Of a stretch of DNA of 64,000 nt, positions 49,747 through 61,200 are shown piece by piece (position 1 is the first letter of the stretch; every line of letters starts with the position of its first letter). Source of the stretch: Cycas panzhihuaensis (lineage: Eukaryota > Plantae > Cycadophyta); NCBI GenBank assembly GCA_023213395.1, contig CM041465.1, forward strand, positions 120,225,741 through 120,289,740. The letters run 5' to 3'. The notes beneath the pieces are model-generated. The model ran no database searches. It worked only from the letters and a program-made list of their open reading frames with translations, and was not told the DNA's origin. Both the position numbers and the translations under genes were made by a program.

Positions 49747-52700
49747 ATGTCATCTTAATTCAAGTAAAATTTTAACTGCATATTAAAAGGCAAAGAAAAT
49801 TAGGATCTATGGTACATTAGAGTTAAAAATGATGCAAAGTATTAAGGCCTTTGGAGAACCTACTTGCAACCTACACTTAGCATACTAGCAATAACTACAA
49901 TACCTGCTTCTAGTAGATCTGCGCTAATAGCTCCTATAGATGCTGCAACTAAATTATAATGGGAGATAGATGATGAAAAGATTCACGCAGGAATTCTGTT
50001 GGTTACTGATCATTCCTTATACAACTTGATTAATGAAGAGTAACATAATATAGCCTGGAAGGTCCTTGAAGTTCTAAAAAAGAACTTTGATACCAAATCA
50101 AATTTAGAATTTATTCATCTGGTTCTTAAAATGAACAAATTAAAAATATAAAAAGGACGAGCTCATGAGACAATAAATCTCCTTCAACCAATCAAACATG
50201 CAATTGATAAAGATTTTAAGACCTAATGTATCACTTAGGCATTCTTGATCCAATCATGTCTACATGTTCCTGATTATAAAAACTTGCTTGGAAGTCTTTA
50301 ATCTAGTGGAACATTGAAAATACTTAACTTTGAAACACTTGCTAATAAGTTCGTAGAATTTGACAAGACCTTTGATATGAACTTTGTAGCCTCTGACTCT
50401 CTTCTAGATGTAGCTTTTGAGGTAGAAGAAGAAGTTTACTATACAAAAAATCAAGGTCCCTCTCATGGTAGGGGAAATAACTAAGAAAGAGGAAGAGGAA
50501 GAAGCACAGGAAATCATTCAGAAGGTCAACCAAACCCTCAGTCACAGCCTCGATAGTCTCAAGGCCAAGGGCCATCTCAACAAAGAGAAAGGTAGCCAGG
50601 CTAAACTAGTACCTATTTAGGGACTGGTAATCAAACTATTATATGTGATTGATGTAACCGTGAAAGACACTTAGCAAAAGATTGTAGAGCTACCACTTAT
50701 AAATTGGCCAAGTTCCAACCAAAACATGGAGCTCACAATGTTGAAGAAACTTTTAGAGAATCCTTTAGTGGTGCAGGTTTTGTACAAGCACACATTCAAA
50801 GAATTGAGGGATCTTTAGTATCAAATGTGATTGACTAACCAAAGAGATACTTTAAAGCTTGATGTGGATACATCACTTGAAATTCCCTTCTCCAATGCCA
50901 AGCCTTATTGGAATTACCAATAGTGTGGCTTCAATCTAAGGACAGTGGATTATGGACATACAAGTAACTCAACATATGACATGCAATCGCAGTCTACATA
51001 AAACATTTGACTTAAATGTTTAAGGAGTTATTCACATGGCTGATAAATCATAACAACTTATTAAAGGAATTGGCAACATTCACCTAAAACTCCTAGGCTT
51101 AAAAGATTTTACATTACTTGATGTCTTATACATATCCAATCTTAAACAAAACCTACTCTCCTTATCCATACTTGTCTCTCATAGTTTTGATCTGAGTGTA
51201 ACTGCAAATGACCAGACTCTTTAGGTCATTCAACCTCCAACTAATCAAGTGGTCTTGACTGGATATCTCTCTAGTAAACTCTTTCTACTGAATGACTCTC
51301 CATCTTCTAAAGTCTATTATGCCCAAAGCCCTTATGCTGATGAAGAATTTACATTTAATTCCATCTTGATTCATCCAACATTATCACTAGAAGCTCTTTA
51401 GCATGCTCACATGGGATATGTTCACATTGATAGACTTAGAGATCTTTTTAACACTCTTCCAAACCTTTCAAACTTTTCCTCTAAGGCCTTTAAATATGAA
51501 GCTTATATCATTGCCAAATCTCATCAACAATCATTTCCTAAAAGTCAGTGGAAATCGAGCCATCTATTACAATTAGTACACTCTGATCTATGCAGACCAA
51601 TGCCCATTCCTTCACTGAAGGACAAGTTATATTATATCTATTTCATTGATGATTTTACTAGAAAAGCATAAGTAGCTTTTCTACATAAGAAAGATGAAGC
51701 CTTCTGTATATTCAAAGAATTCAAAGCCCTCACTGAAAAAGAGTAAGGTTATCAACTCAAATATTTTCGAACTAATAATGGTGGTGAATATACCTCACAT
51801 GAGTTTGAAATCTACCTTCGAGACAATGGCATCATGCATCAAACCATAGTAGCAGGTACCCTACAACAAAATAGAGTTATTGAGCATAGGAATAAGACAA
51901 TCATGAACATGGCTCAGGCTATGTTGATATACAAAAATGTACCTGCCTACCTATGGGCCAAAGCAATCTAGATAGTTGTTTATATTATCAATGCTGTTAG
52001 CCCATCAAAGGAAGGATAAGCACCTAATGAAAAGTGGTCAGGACAAGCCCTCATTGTTCACTATTTCAAAAATTTTGGCTCTACATATTATGCCCACATT
52101 CTAGATGTAGATCGAAGTAAACTCCAGCCAAGGGTACTTAAAGGCATCTTTGTTGGATACCCTATGGAGAAGAAAGGGTATAAGGTCTTCATACCTTCAT
52201 AACAAAAAATCATCATTACTAGAGATGTCATTTTTACAGAGACAGAGGATTAATTACTTAAACTAGACTCCAAAGTACCCTCACGCTGCTATAATCATGT
52301 GATCAAGTATGATGTTCAGATTCCAAAATTTGGGGAGGGGGGGACAGACATAAATTACTTTAAATATTGGAAGCTGACAATAGAGCCTTGGAGGATATCA
52401 GCTATGACTCTGAACGTATGAGTGCACATCTAATACTATCTTTTAAAGATAATAGAGTTGACAAAGGCAAAGCCATTATAGAAGAACCATCCTCTCTACA
52501 TTTAATTGACAAAGGCAAAATAGTGGTAGAAGAACCATCTTCCTCAGGTACATCAGCATCCTCCTCACAAAATGATCATTTTAATAAAGAAGATGAGAAT
52601 CAAGAAGTTGAGGAAATAAGGATTTCATTCCCAACTCAAGGATCTTGAGAAGCCCACCAACTCAATAAGGACATACGACTAGATGAGATAGGCAAAACTA

Positions 52701-54310
52701 GCACTCAAATTGCCCATAAAATAATGATGCAAGAACCATTATATATTGAAGTTGAACTGGTAGAACTGCACCTTACTCTTAATGAAGAGCCCTTAACATA
52801 CCAAGAAGCTGTAAAGCATGTAGGTTGGAGAAATGCCATGAATGAAGAGTACCAATCTCTTATTAATAACAATACATAGGAGCTTATTGATCTACCACTT
52901 GGTAGAAAGGTAGTTCAAAATAAATGAGTATTCAAAAACAAATATAGATCAGATGGCACCCTTGAAAAACATAAGGCGAGGTTGGTAGCTAAAGGATTTA
53001 TACAAAGGGAAGCCATCGACTACACTGAAGTCTTTGCACCTATAACTAAGTAGCCTACAATTAGAACTCTTATGTCTTTGGCTACTTAACAGGATTGGAA
53101 AATCTACTAACTCAATATTAAGAACGTGTTTCTCAATGGAGATCTTGAAGAAGAAATTTATATGGTTCAACTAAAAGGATATGAGATTGAAGGTCAAGAG
53201 CATAAGGTTTGTAGGCTCAGAAAGTCCTTATATGGCCTTGAACAAGCCCCTCATGCTTGGTTTGCCAAGTTGTCTGAAAGAATGAGGTAACTTGGATACG
53301 GGGTTTGTGACTACCAAGATATTGATACAACATTGTTCATCAAGCGCCATAAGGATAAAGTTAATTATCTCATAATCTTTGTGGATGACATGCTAGTAAC
53401 AGGTGATAATGGACATGCAACAAGCTAACTGAAAAAGGACCTTAACAAAATGTTCAAATTGTTTGACCTTGGTTTGATGAAATATTACTTGGGAATTGAA
53501 GTAACATAAAAGAATAGAAAATTTTTCCTCTCCTAAGAAAAATACATCAACAATCTTCTAACCAAGTTTCAGTTAGAAGATGCTTAACTAGTGATGTTAC
53601 CTATGGACCCTAATACCAAACTTTCAACTGAAGGTGACACTAGGGAGGCAGACACAACACTCTATAAGAAACTTGTAGGTAGTCTCATTTACATTACCAA
53701 TACAAGACTAGATATTGCATACTTTGTCAGCATTCTTGCTCGTTGCATGACAAATCCTAAGTAGAATCGGCACGCAGTAATGCAAGTATTAAGATACCTT
53801 AAGATGACCAACAAATATGGTTTGTTGTATGAACTTAATTCAGACTTCAAGCCTTCTGCATACACAGACTCAGACCTTGTAGGAGATAAAGATACATGAA
53901 GATCTACGTCTAGGTATGTAATGTTTATTAGAACAACACCAATATCATGAAGATTCGAATGACAGAAGATAGTTGCAGATTCAAATGCCAAAGTTGAATA
54001 CATTGCTACTTCTAAGACCAATAAGGAGGTGATATGGCCGAGAAAATTATTAGAAACATTAAATGTCACCTAAATAAGTCCTACAAGTCTTCATATAGAT
54101 AATCAATCAGCAATCTACATGGTAAAAAATCCTATATTTTATGATTGTACCAAATATATAAGTACAAAAGTCCATAAGATTAGAGAACTTGTTTATGATG
54201 GCACAATTTAACTGGAATACTACCCCACAGTAGATTAAGTGGCCAATATCTTTACCAAACTACTACAAAAGATTAAGTTTGAACAATTTCGAAGGCAACT
54301 CGGCCTTAGG
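49747..54310 (+). pseudogene. Copia gag-pol pseudogene
   Basis: Gag LKGKEN*DLW; knuckle CD*CNRERHLAKDC; PR WIMDIQVTQHMT; IN LVHSDLCRPM and YFIDDFTRK; RT KARLVAKGF and IFVDDML; RH YTDSDLVGD...STSRY. Many stops. Confidence 0.93.
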
Positions 54311-54570
54311 GCCTCTATCTTCGATTGATCAATGAAGATGGCAACAGGATCATCATACTCTATTCTCTTCGTGAAAACCCCTTATGGGCGCAGAAGAATA
54401 AGAGTAAGTCTTTGCTCTATCCTGTTTGTGAAAACCCCATGTGGGCATGGAAGGATAAGGGTTGTACTAGTTTTGGAAAATTAGAACCTATGAAAACCCA
54501 AAAGGGCATGGGGGATGACTAAACGATATATGGAAACTTAGCAGATTAAGCTATTGGAGTTGCGTCTGCA

Positions 54571-54892
54571 GGATGGTCACTACACTTAGTAGGGGTTAAG
54601 GAGGTCAACGACCAATACTGGAATGTGAATAGGATCCTATAAGCAGAAGAGAACACCACACAGGGCGTCCATGCGCCAGAGCACAAGTTCGAGACCCAAG
54701 AATGGTGCCTAACTTCCTCGGAGTAGCTTTTGCTTTTGGTTTTGAGGGGCGAGATACATGTAGGGGTATCTCGGGTAGCCCCAAAGGATGATGTCCTCCC
54801 ACCCTTGGATGGACGGAAGGGAGGAGGAGGCATAGTAAAGTAGATGGACCTAGTAGGAAAGATATATAGCACGGGTATGACGTATAGGCAAA
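54571..54892. repeat. Copy 1 of ~320-bp direct repeat (copy 2 at 55988-56309)
   Basis: Shared GGATGGTCACTACACTTA, ATGGTGCCTAACTTCCTCGGAGTAGCTTT and TTTTGAGGGGCGAGATACA. Confidence 0.92.
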
Positions 54893-55987
54893 CAGTTGTC
54901 CCTGGCGCGACCCCATATGGGTGTAGAGGGTCCACCCCATAAACCAGAATGTGGTTTCCTTTGCTATGCCCCTAAGGTTGAGACGTATAGCCTAGAGGTA
55001 CGTATAGGAAAGGCCCACTAGACTGAGTTTAAGAGCATGTGAAGGCAGGTCCCACATGACTAGAAGTAGAGCCATGAACATGTCCTCTAGGTCTAATAGG
55101 GAGTAAATGCATTACATTTAGAGGTGGCATATTCGCTTGGCTGGGGAGAGGCATGCTAACCTCAAGTTGGGAGAAAGACATACCTCGAGAGGTCCCAAAA
55201 GAGTTGAGACCATAAAGAGAAATATAGGGTGTGATGGACGTCCCTAAGGTGGATGTGAGAATTAGACGGGATGGATGCTGTGGGATAAACAGATTGCTTG
55301 TCATAAGTGGGATAGACGTGGATGAAGGAGGTGGGGTAGACATGGATGAGGAAGGTGCCCCACCACACAAGATGTCTTCAAACCATTTAGGGCATGGTTG
55401 AAGGCGAGCGGCATGAAAGCACTCATTGAGAGCTTAGGGTATCCACCTGATCGTAAGAGGTAGATGGAACCTCTAATGAAGTAGACCCCTTTGGATGCTC
55501 CTTGTAAGAATCACAACCTGGGTGATAGAACTCAAGAGAAGATGGAACCTCCACTCTGTGAATGGAGGGATGGACATCATGTGGGTGTTGTTGATCACCC
55601 GGATAATAGATAGGGTCGTCACCCTCTTAGGTAGACCTCGGGAAAGAGGTGGGATAGTCATGGGCTCCGAAAGCGAAGGCATGGTATGCCCAATCTGAAG
55701 GATATACTTCCATTGTCGAATCAAAATTCGATAATAGAAGGAGGTGGTATGTGGGATCTTCTAACAACAGGGGTAGACCTCGTAGGTGACGTAAGAAGCA
55801 TTGCATATAAGACTCATCATTGTGTTAGAAGAAAGATGGAGAGGTAAATGTAAGGTATGTGTTGAGGGCTACCCAATAAAAAGGACAAAAGGAGAAAGCT
55901 ACTAAGAGGTAGTAGCACTAACAGAAAGAGAGAAAGACTAACTCCCTTCGGCGTGTCCCAAGATGGTTGTCGGTGAGTCGGCGTCAT

Positions 55988-56309
55988 GGATGGTCACTAC
56001 ACTTAATAGGGGTTAAGGTGGTCAATGACTAATATTGGAATGTAAATAGGATCCTACAAGTGGAAGAGAACACCACACAGGGCATCCGTGCACTGGAGTG
56101 CAAGTTTGGGACCCACAAATGGTGCCTAACTTCCTCGGAGTAGCTTTCACTTTTGGTTTTGAGGGGCGAGATACACATAGGGGTATCTCAGGTAGCCCCA
56201 AAGTATGAGATCCTCCTACCCCTTGGATGGCCAGAAGGGAGGAGGAGGCCTAGCAAAGTAGATGGACCTGGTAGAAAATATGTATGACACGGTATGATGT
56301 ATAGACAAA
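55988..56309. repeat. Copy 2 of ~320-bp direct repeat (copy 1 at 54571-54892)
   Basis: Collinear alignment with copy 1. Confidence 0.92.
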
Positions 56310-59300
56310 TAGAATAGAAGCGTAATATAATGGCAAGAACATTTCCTATGTCTACTAACCTTAGGCAGGGCCTGAAGTAGGCAAGAGTAATGGAGAAGAT
56401 AGGCTGTGTGTGAGGAAGCAGAAGTGATGTTATGTGTGTGCTTTCAAAAAGGAAAGGAAATATAAGAAACACTCCCTCTCTCTCGTTTTCTTTTATCGAA
56501 AAAAGTTTAAGGAAAGAAATGTTTCACACGCAGTCAAACATGCATGCTAAAGTGAATATGCAACTAAGGGAATGTTTGTGCTTCGAGTGAGAAAATGGGG
56601 TGGTACGATTCCTATAAAGTTCTCTTTCCTAAGAAAGCATTCATGCAATATGTAAATGCAAGATAAACGCACATGAATCGCTTATTACCCTTTCTCTTTT
56701 GGTGTAGTTTATTATGTAAGCATATGTGCTGAAACAAAAAATAAGAAAAAGAAGAGCTAAGTGAGAAGGTAGGGTGCGTACTTGGAAGGTCATGCGGTTG
56801 GAAGAGGGCCTTCACCTGGGAGTCATGCTTGTCCTCTCATCCTCGCTCAATACGTAGCCAACGTTATGTTGAAGGTAAAGTGGGGGCTTCCTTACCTTCC
56901 CCATGTAAAGAGGAATAAAGCGGAAAGAGCAAATGACTGTGTGAGAAAGTAGGAAACTAGAGAAGACGATAAAGGAAATGAAGAAGGCAAAGGTCTACCT
57001 TGATGAGAGTACTTCCTTCCCCTTGCAAATACCACCACGTAATCTGCACTCACAAAGACCTTTTCCCTCCCAAGAGGGCTGCTAAAAAATAAAACAAATA
57101 TGCATACAATGATATAATGGTAAACTGTTGAAATATAATATGTTATGTTAGTCAATTCTCCACAAAATATAACTTTGCAATATCTCTAAAAGAAAGCACT
57201 AAAACCTTCTAAGCAAGAAGGAGGTTAGCCTCAGAATGGCTAACCCTCTGGTCTATGTACCTCCACGCTACCCCAAAGCATAAAGAGCAGCAAATAGGAC
57301 ATCCTATGGGTGAAATGACAAGAAGAGGATGGGTGTTGTAAAGTTTGTGGGTAGTTGTCAGTGTTGCGAATGTGCTATTAGTAGCAAGTTGTAATGTAGG
57401 GAGTACTAAGGCTAAGGATGAGTGTTAGGCACTCTGTAGTATTGAAGAAAGGCCTAAAATGAGGCATGCAGGCTTGAGTCCAGTGTAACAAGTGCTGCAC
57501 ACACTGAAACTCAACGCAAGCCCAATCCCAAATGTCTCTGGGGCATACCGAGGAATGCACAGATGAGGGAGAGGAAGGAGAAGTAGGGTTTACCCTTGGA
57601 GACTAGGCCTAGTGGGGATGGATCCTGCCTTACTCCCTCTACTCACACCTTATGGGTCCTCTCCCACAGCCTTCTTGGAGGTAGCCAAGGGAGGACAAGG
57701 GATACTGAGATTACATGCAAGAATAAATGGAAGAATTACACTTTCATACAGTAGAACACCAAGATATGAAGTGTATGCTAAAAAAACTTGCCTTTGTAAG
57801 CTAAATTTAAAGTAAAGGATGAGTAATGAAGAAGGGTACCTGCTGGGCTGAGATAAGAGCAGGTCTGCCCCTGTGGATAGTAGAGAATAGCAAGTTGGGG
57901 GAGCTTATAGGGTGTTTCTGAGTTATAGGAGGAGAGAGCTCGCTAGAGACTGAAGGGTACATGTGCAGGCCACTCCTGGGCACAAATCTTTGCTTAGAGA
58001 TGTTGATGGAGAGGCTTGCTATCATAAAATAGTGGTATAGTAGGCGGATTCCAGGCTGGTATGCTAGAAACGTAGGTATGCTAGGTATTTTGTAGAGTAT
58101 CCCTGTGAGAACTGAGAGAAGAGAAGATGAGAAGTGTTTTTCGAGAGCTAAGAGAGAGGAAAATGAGTATGTTTTTAGGATATGTACCTATCCTAACCCT
58201 AATCGAATGATTAGAGTTTAAGTAGGGTTGATTTGGTAACTTATCCACGTGGAAGTTCCACAAAAAAGGTGAGAATTGCCACGATGGATTAAAAAAATAG
58301 TGAGAAACAGTCATACCGCGGTAACTTCGCAGTGTGGTGCGAAACCAAGGTGTAACAATAGCAAAAATAAGGGTCTTGAGAACCCAAAATAGGAATATCC
58401 TGGGCCTAGGAAGGGTCGACCCTCCTATCCACATGGTTGGAGACAGTCTGAAGGAGTGAGTCGACTAGACCGAGTAGGATATCATGAGGAAAGAGTTATA
58501 GGAATGCTAAAAATAAGTGAAAGTACTTACCACTCCTAGGGAAACTAGGGGTCGTGGTAGCTAACCGAGGTATGAGCAGATCACACTATATGGTAGGGGC
58601 TTGAGGTGACATGGAGGTAACACGAAGGGTTGTGGAGTGCTATAGGGGTATATGACTTATTGAGGAGTATGTCCCGTGAAGGTGCATTATAGGCTAGAGA
58701 CATGCGAGGTGCTCAAGCGAGGTGCATAACCAATCGTAAAGTAAGTTAATCAAACCATGCAACCCAAATAATGCTCTAATCCACATCTCTAAAGTGGCCA
58801 AGATAAGAGAGAAAATATACCTATGCTTACCTGAGTCAATATATCCATACCCATTCGTGGTAGCTGGGAAACAACTACACATTTAAGCTGCTTGGCTATT
58901 AGGTTACATTAAAGAGCCACCTTAGCTATTTTGATTTATAAAAGGGGCTATAGATCTTAGAAAGTTTGTGGGTTTTTATTCCCCACGAGGGTTTTCCCAC
59001 AACAGTGTCATTTAGAATTTCAATGTAATAATGAGTCTCAAATGAAGACCTCATAGAATATATTTTCTTAAAAATGACCTTCCACCGTTAAGGGGGTGGT
59101 TGAAAGAGGTTAATGTATCAAGGTTATTTGTGTAGATTAATTATGTGACCTTAGGATATGTTGTTAGCATTAGTCTCTTAATGAAATGCACTTTATGTGC
59201 ATTTAGATGTTATTTCAAGTTTATATCATTAGGCGGGAAATCCTAACCCTAATACTCACCCTCAATAATAAAATGTGAAATCTCAAGGAGGGAGTTATTA

Positions 59301-59410
59301 TTCATTCTCACCTCTAAGCTTGCTCTCGTATCTTGTTTCATCTCTTTTTTATTCTCCATTGCTATTGTGTGCATGTGAGTGATTTATTCCCTAGATCCAT
59401 CCTTCCTTCA

Positions 59411-59880
59411 ATTTCATCCTTGGAGTTTTTCTTTTTGCATGTTGATAGTGATGGTAACTCTTTGACATGCTAGTGGTCCCTTATATAACTCTAGTATCTC
59501 TTAATACATTAATCTACATCTTTTTAAATACTTTTACCTCTTGATATTCATAACTTGTTAATATCTCTTTAATGATATCGTCATTTTCTTTCATTTAGAT
59601 CTATGGAATTCTTTAGCTTTCTAGAATCCTTCCCCTATGAAGCATGTAAGATACGGTATACTTATTTAATCTACCACTTGTTAAACCTAAGATATCATAG
59701 AATCTCGTCCCAATTTTATGTTATCTTCTAAAGTTCAAACATATATGTCATGTTCCTATTTGGATTGAGGCCTTCTTTGTAATAGTTCCCATATAAGATT
59801 TTACTCTTAGCAGATCCTTAGACTCATGTGCTATAGTTTCACCCTGCTTAAGATCTTATATTTTACTTCTATATTGTATC
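59411..59880 (-). mobile_element. Probable 3' end of an older minus-strand chromovirus into which the second Copia inserted; its PPT lies at ~47471-47483
   Basis: Removing the Copia rejoins CTCCAAGGATGAAGTATCTTAAAAAGGGGGAA on minus, resembling the typical chromovirus pre-PPT/PPT junction. Coding motifs are not securely readable. Confidence 0.4.
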
Positions 59881-59889
59881 CATGGGATT

Positions 59890-61200
59890 TTGGCTTGGAA
59901 GGATGGAAATAGTTCAAAGATGGGAAGATGAGATTGATGTGGTAATAAATAATAAATAGAATAAATAGACAATATGATCAAGATCTCACATGGATGAGTG
60001 ATTTAGATGTGGACATATAGGAAGGGTCCATAGAAAATAGGAATTAAATTGGCTAGATTGATAGAGATTCTATGTTTAAATAAGGACATATGATAAGGGT
60101 ATGTTAGAAGTAAAGATGAAGTGTGAGATTTCTTGGAGGGATGATAAGATGATAGGGAACAATATGAATTAGGAGTGAGATTATAATATAGGAAGTATAT
60201 GAGGTTAGGAAAAGAATAATGATTGAGAGAGGAAAAGGAGTTAAGTGGTTTGGATAGAAACACATCATGGGGGTAAGTTAAAGATGAGAATTGGATGGGA
60301 AGTATTATAGAGGGAAGAGATGAGAGAGGGTAGGGAGGACTAAACAACATATACACATGATCAAAGGATAATAGACATGGAGGAATCACGAGATAAGAGT
60401 AAAGGATGAGACATTGGAGGTATGATCAGTATCTTATATATATGATAATTTAAGAGAGATATGTGAAAGGTTAAAAGATAATATTTGGGTGATAAGGATA
60501 AGAACGACATAGGGTAGTAATGAAATTAGGGGGTAATGCACATAGAAGGGTAATAAGAAGATTATGGGATAAGAGATGGGAGGAATGATAAACATTGTAT
60601 ATAGTTATATATGTATATGTGAATGAGAGAAAGAGATGAGAATCAAAGTATGGTGTTGGATGGTGGAGGTGATATAAGATATAATTGAGATTAGAAAATG
60701 GCATATGCATGGAGTTCATATAGAAAATATAGGGGATAAGGGATAATAGGTATAATAGATGTTCTATATTAGCAAAAATTAGGGAGAGGTAGATGGGAAT
60801 CAAGAGAGATAAAGGGTAAGAATGATTCAAATTAGGAAAAAGGATAAGAACTAACATATGTAGATGGTTAATAAAATGATATGGGATGTGAAATAGAAAA
60901 AAACCATAAACACTTTACATGGATAAGTGGTTTAGATGGAAGTATAAAAAATGCATATGAAAGAGATAGGTAAGGAGGATATAGGTTATGAGAGATTGAG
61001 AAATAACATCTAGGGTGGCCAATAGATGGAGAATAAGGGATTAGAGATAGGTATTCTTAATAAGTAGAGAATTTAGATGGAGGCATATAATAAAGATATA
61101 TGGGAATATAAGTTATTATATATTAAGGGATGAGTATAAAGGATGATAGTTTCAAGAAAAAAAAAAAGTGAGTTAGAATGATCACAAAGGTGAGATATTG
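59890..61200. repeat. Low-complexity purine-rich (G/A on plus, C-poor) tract, likely decayed LTR sequence
   Basis: Visible strand asymmetry; similar tracts at ~14100-14600 and ~63400-63850. Confidence 0.55.

Larger units (their letters stand above)
54316..59004. mobile_element. Unclassified ~4.7-kb insertion, probably a rearranged Ty3 (Tat/Ogre-like) LTR/gag remnant
   Basis: Separates the Copia pol end from its PPT/3' LTR and ends in ...CCCACAACA. Contains a ~320-bp internal direct repeat and a Pro/Ser-rich gag-like stretch on minus (~55820-54960). No convincing TSD; the left boundary is approximate. Confidence 0.6.
47493..59410 (+). mobile_element. Full-length decayed Ty1/copia element carrying a ~4.7-kb insertion just after pol
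   Basis: LTRs 47493-47803 and 59101-59410 (~310 bp, roughly 90% identical by eye). TSD ACTTC/ATTTC. PBS TGGTATCAGAG at 47806-47816; PPT AAGGGGGTGG before 59101. Confidence 0.94.

Noticed and set aside
54900-55962. tRNA-Arg-like PBS candidates (CCTGGCGCG at ~54902; CCCTTCGGCGTG at ~55944)
   Set aside because: Both need indels to reach the CCA end and neither abuts a demonstrable LTR terminus.
60003-60857. Two 128-aa minus-strand ORFs rich in L/S/P/Y/I
   Set aside because: By-products of the pyrimidine-rich minus strand, which rarely forms stop codons.
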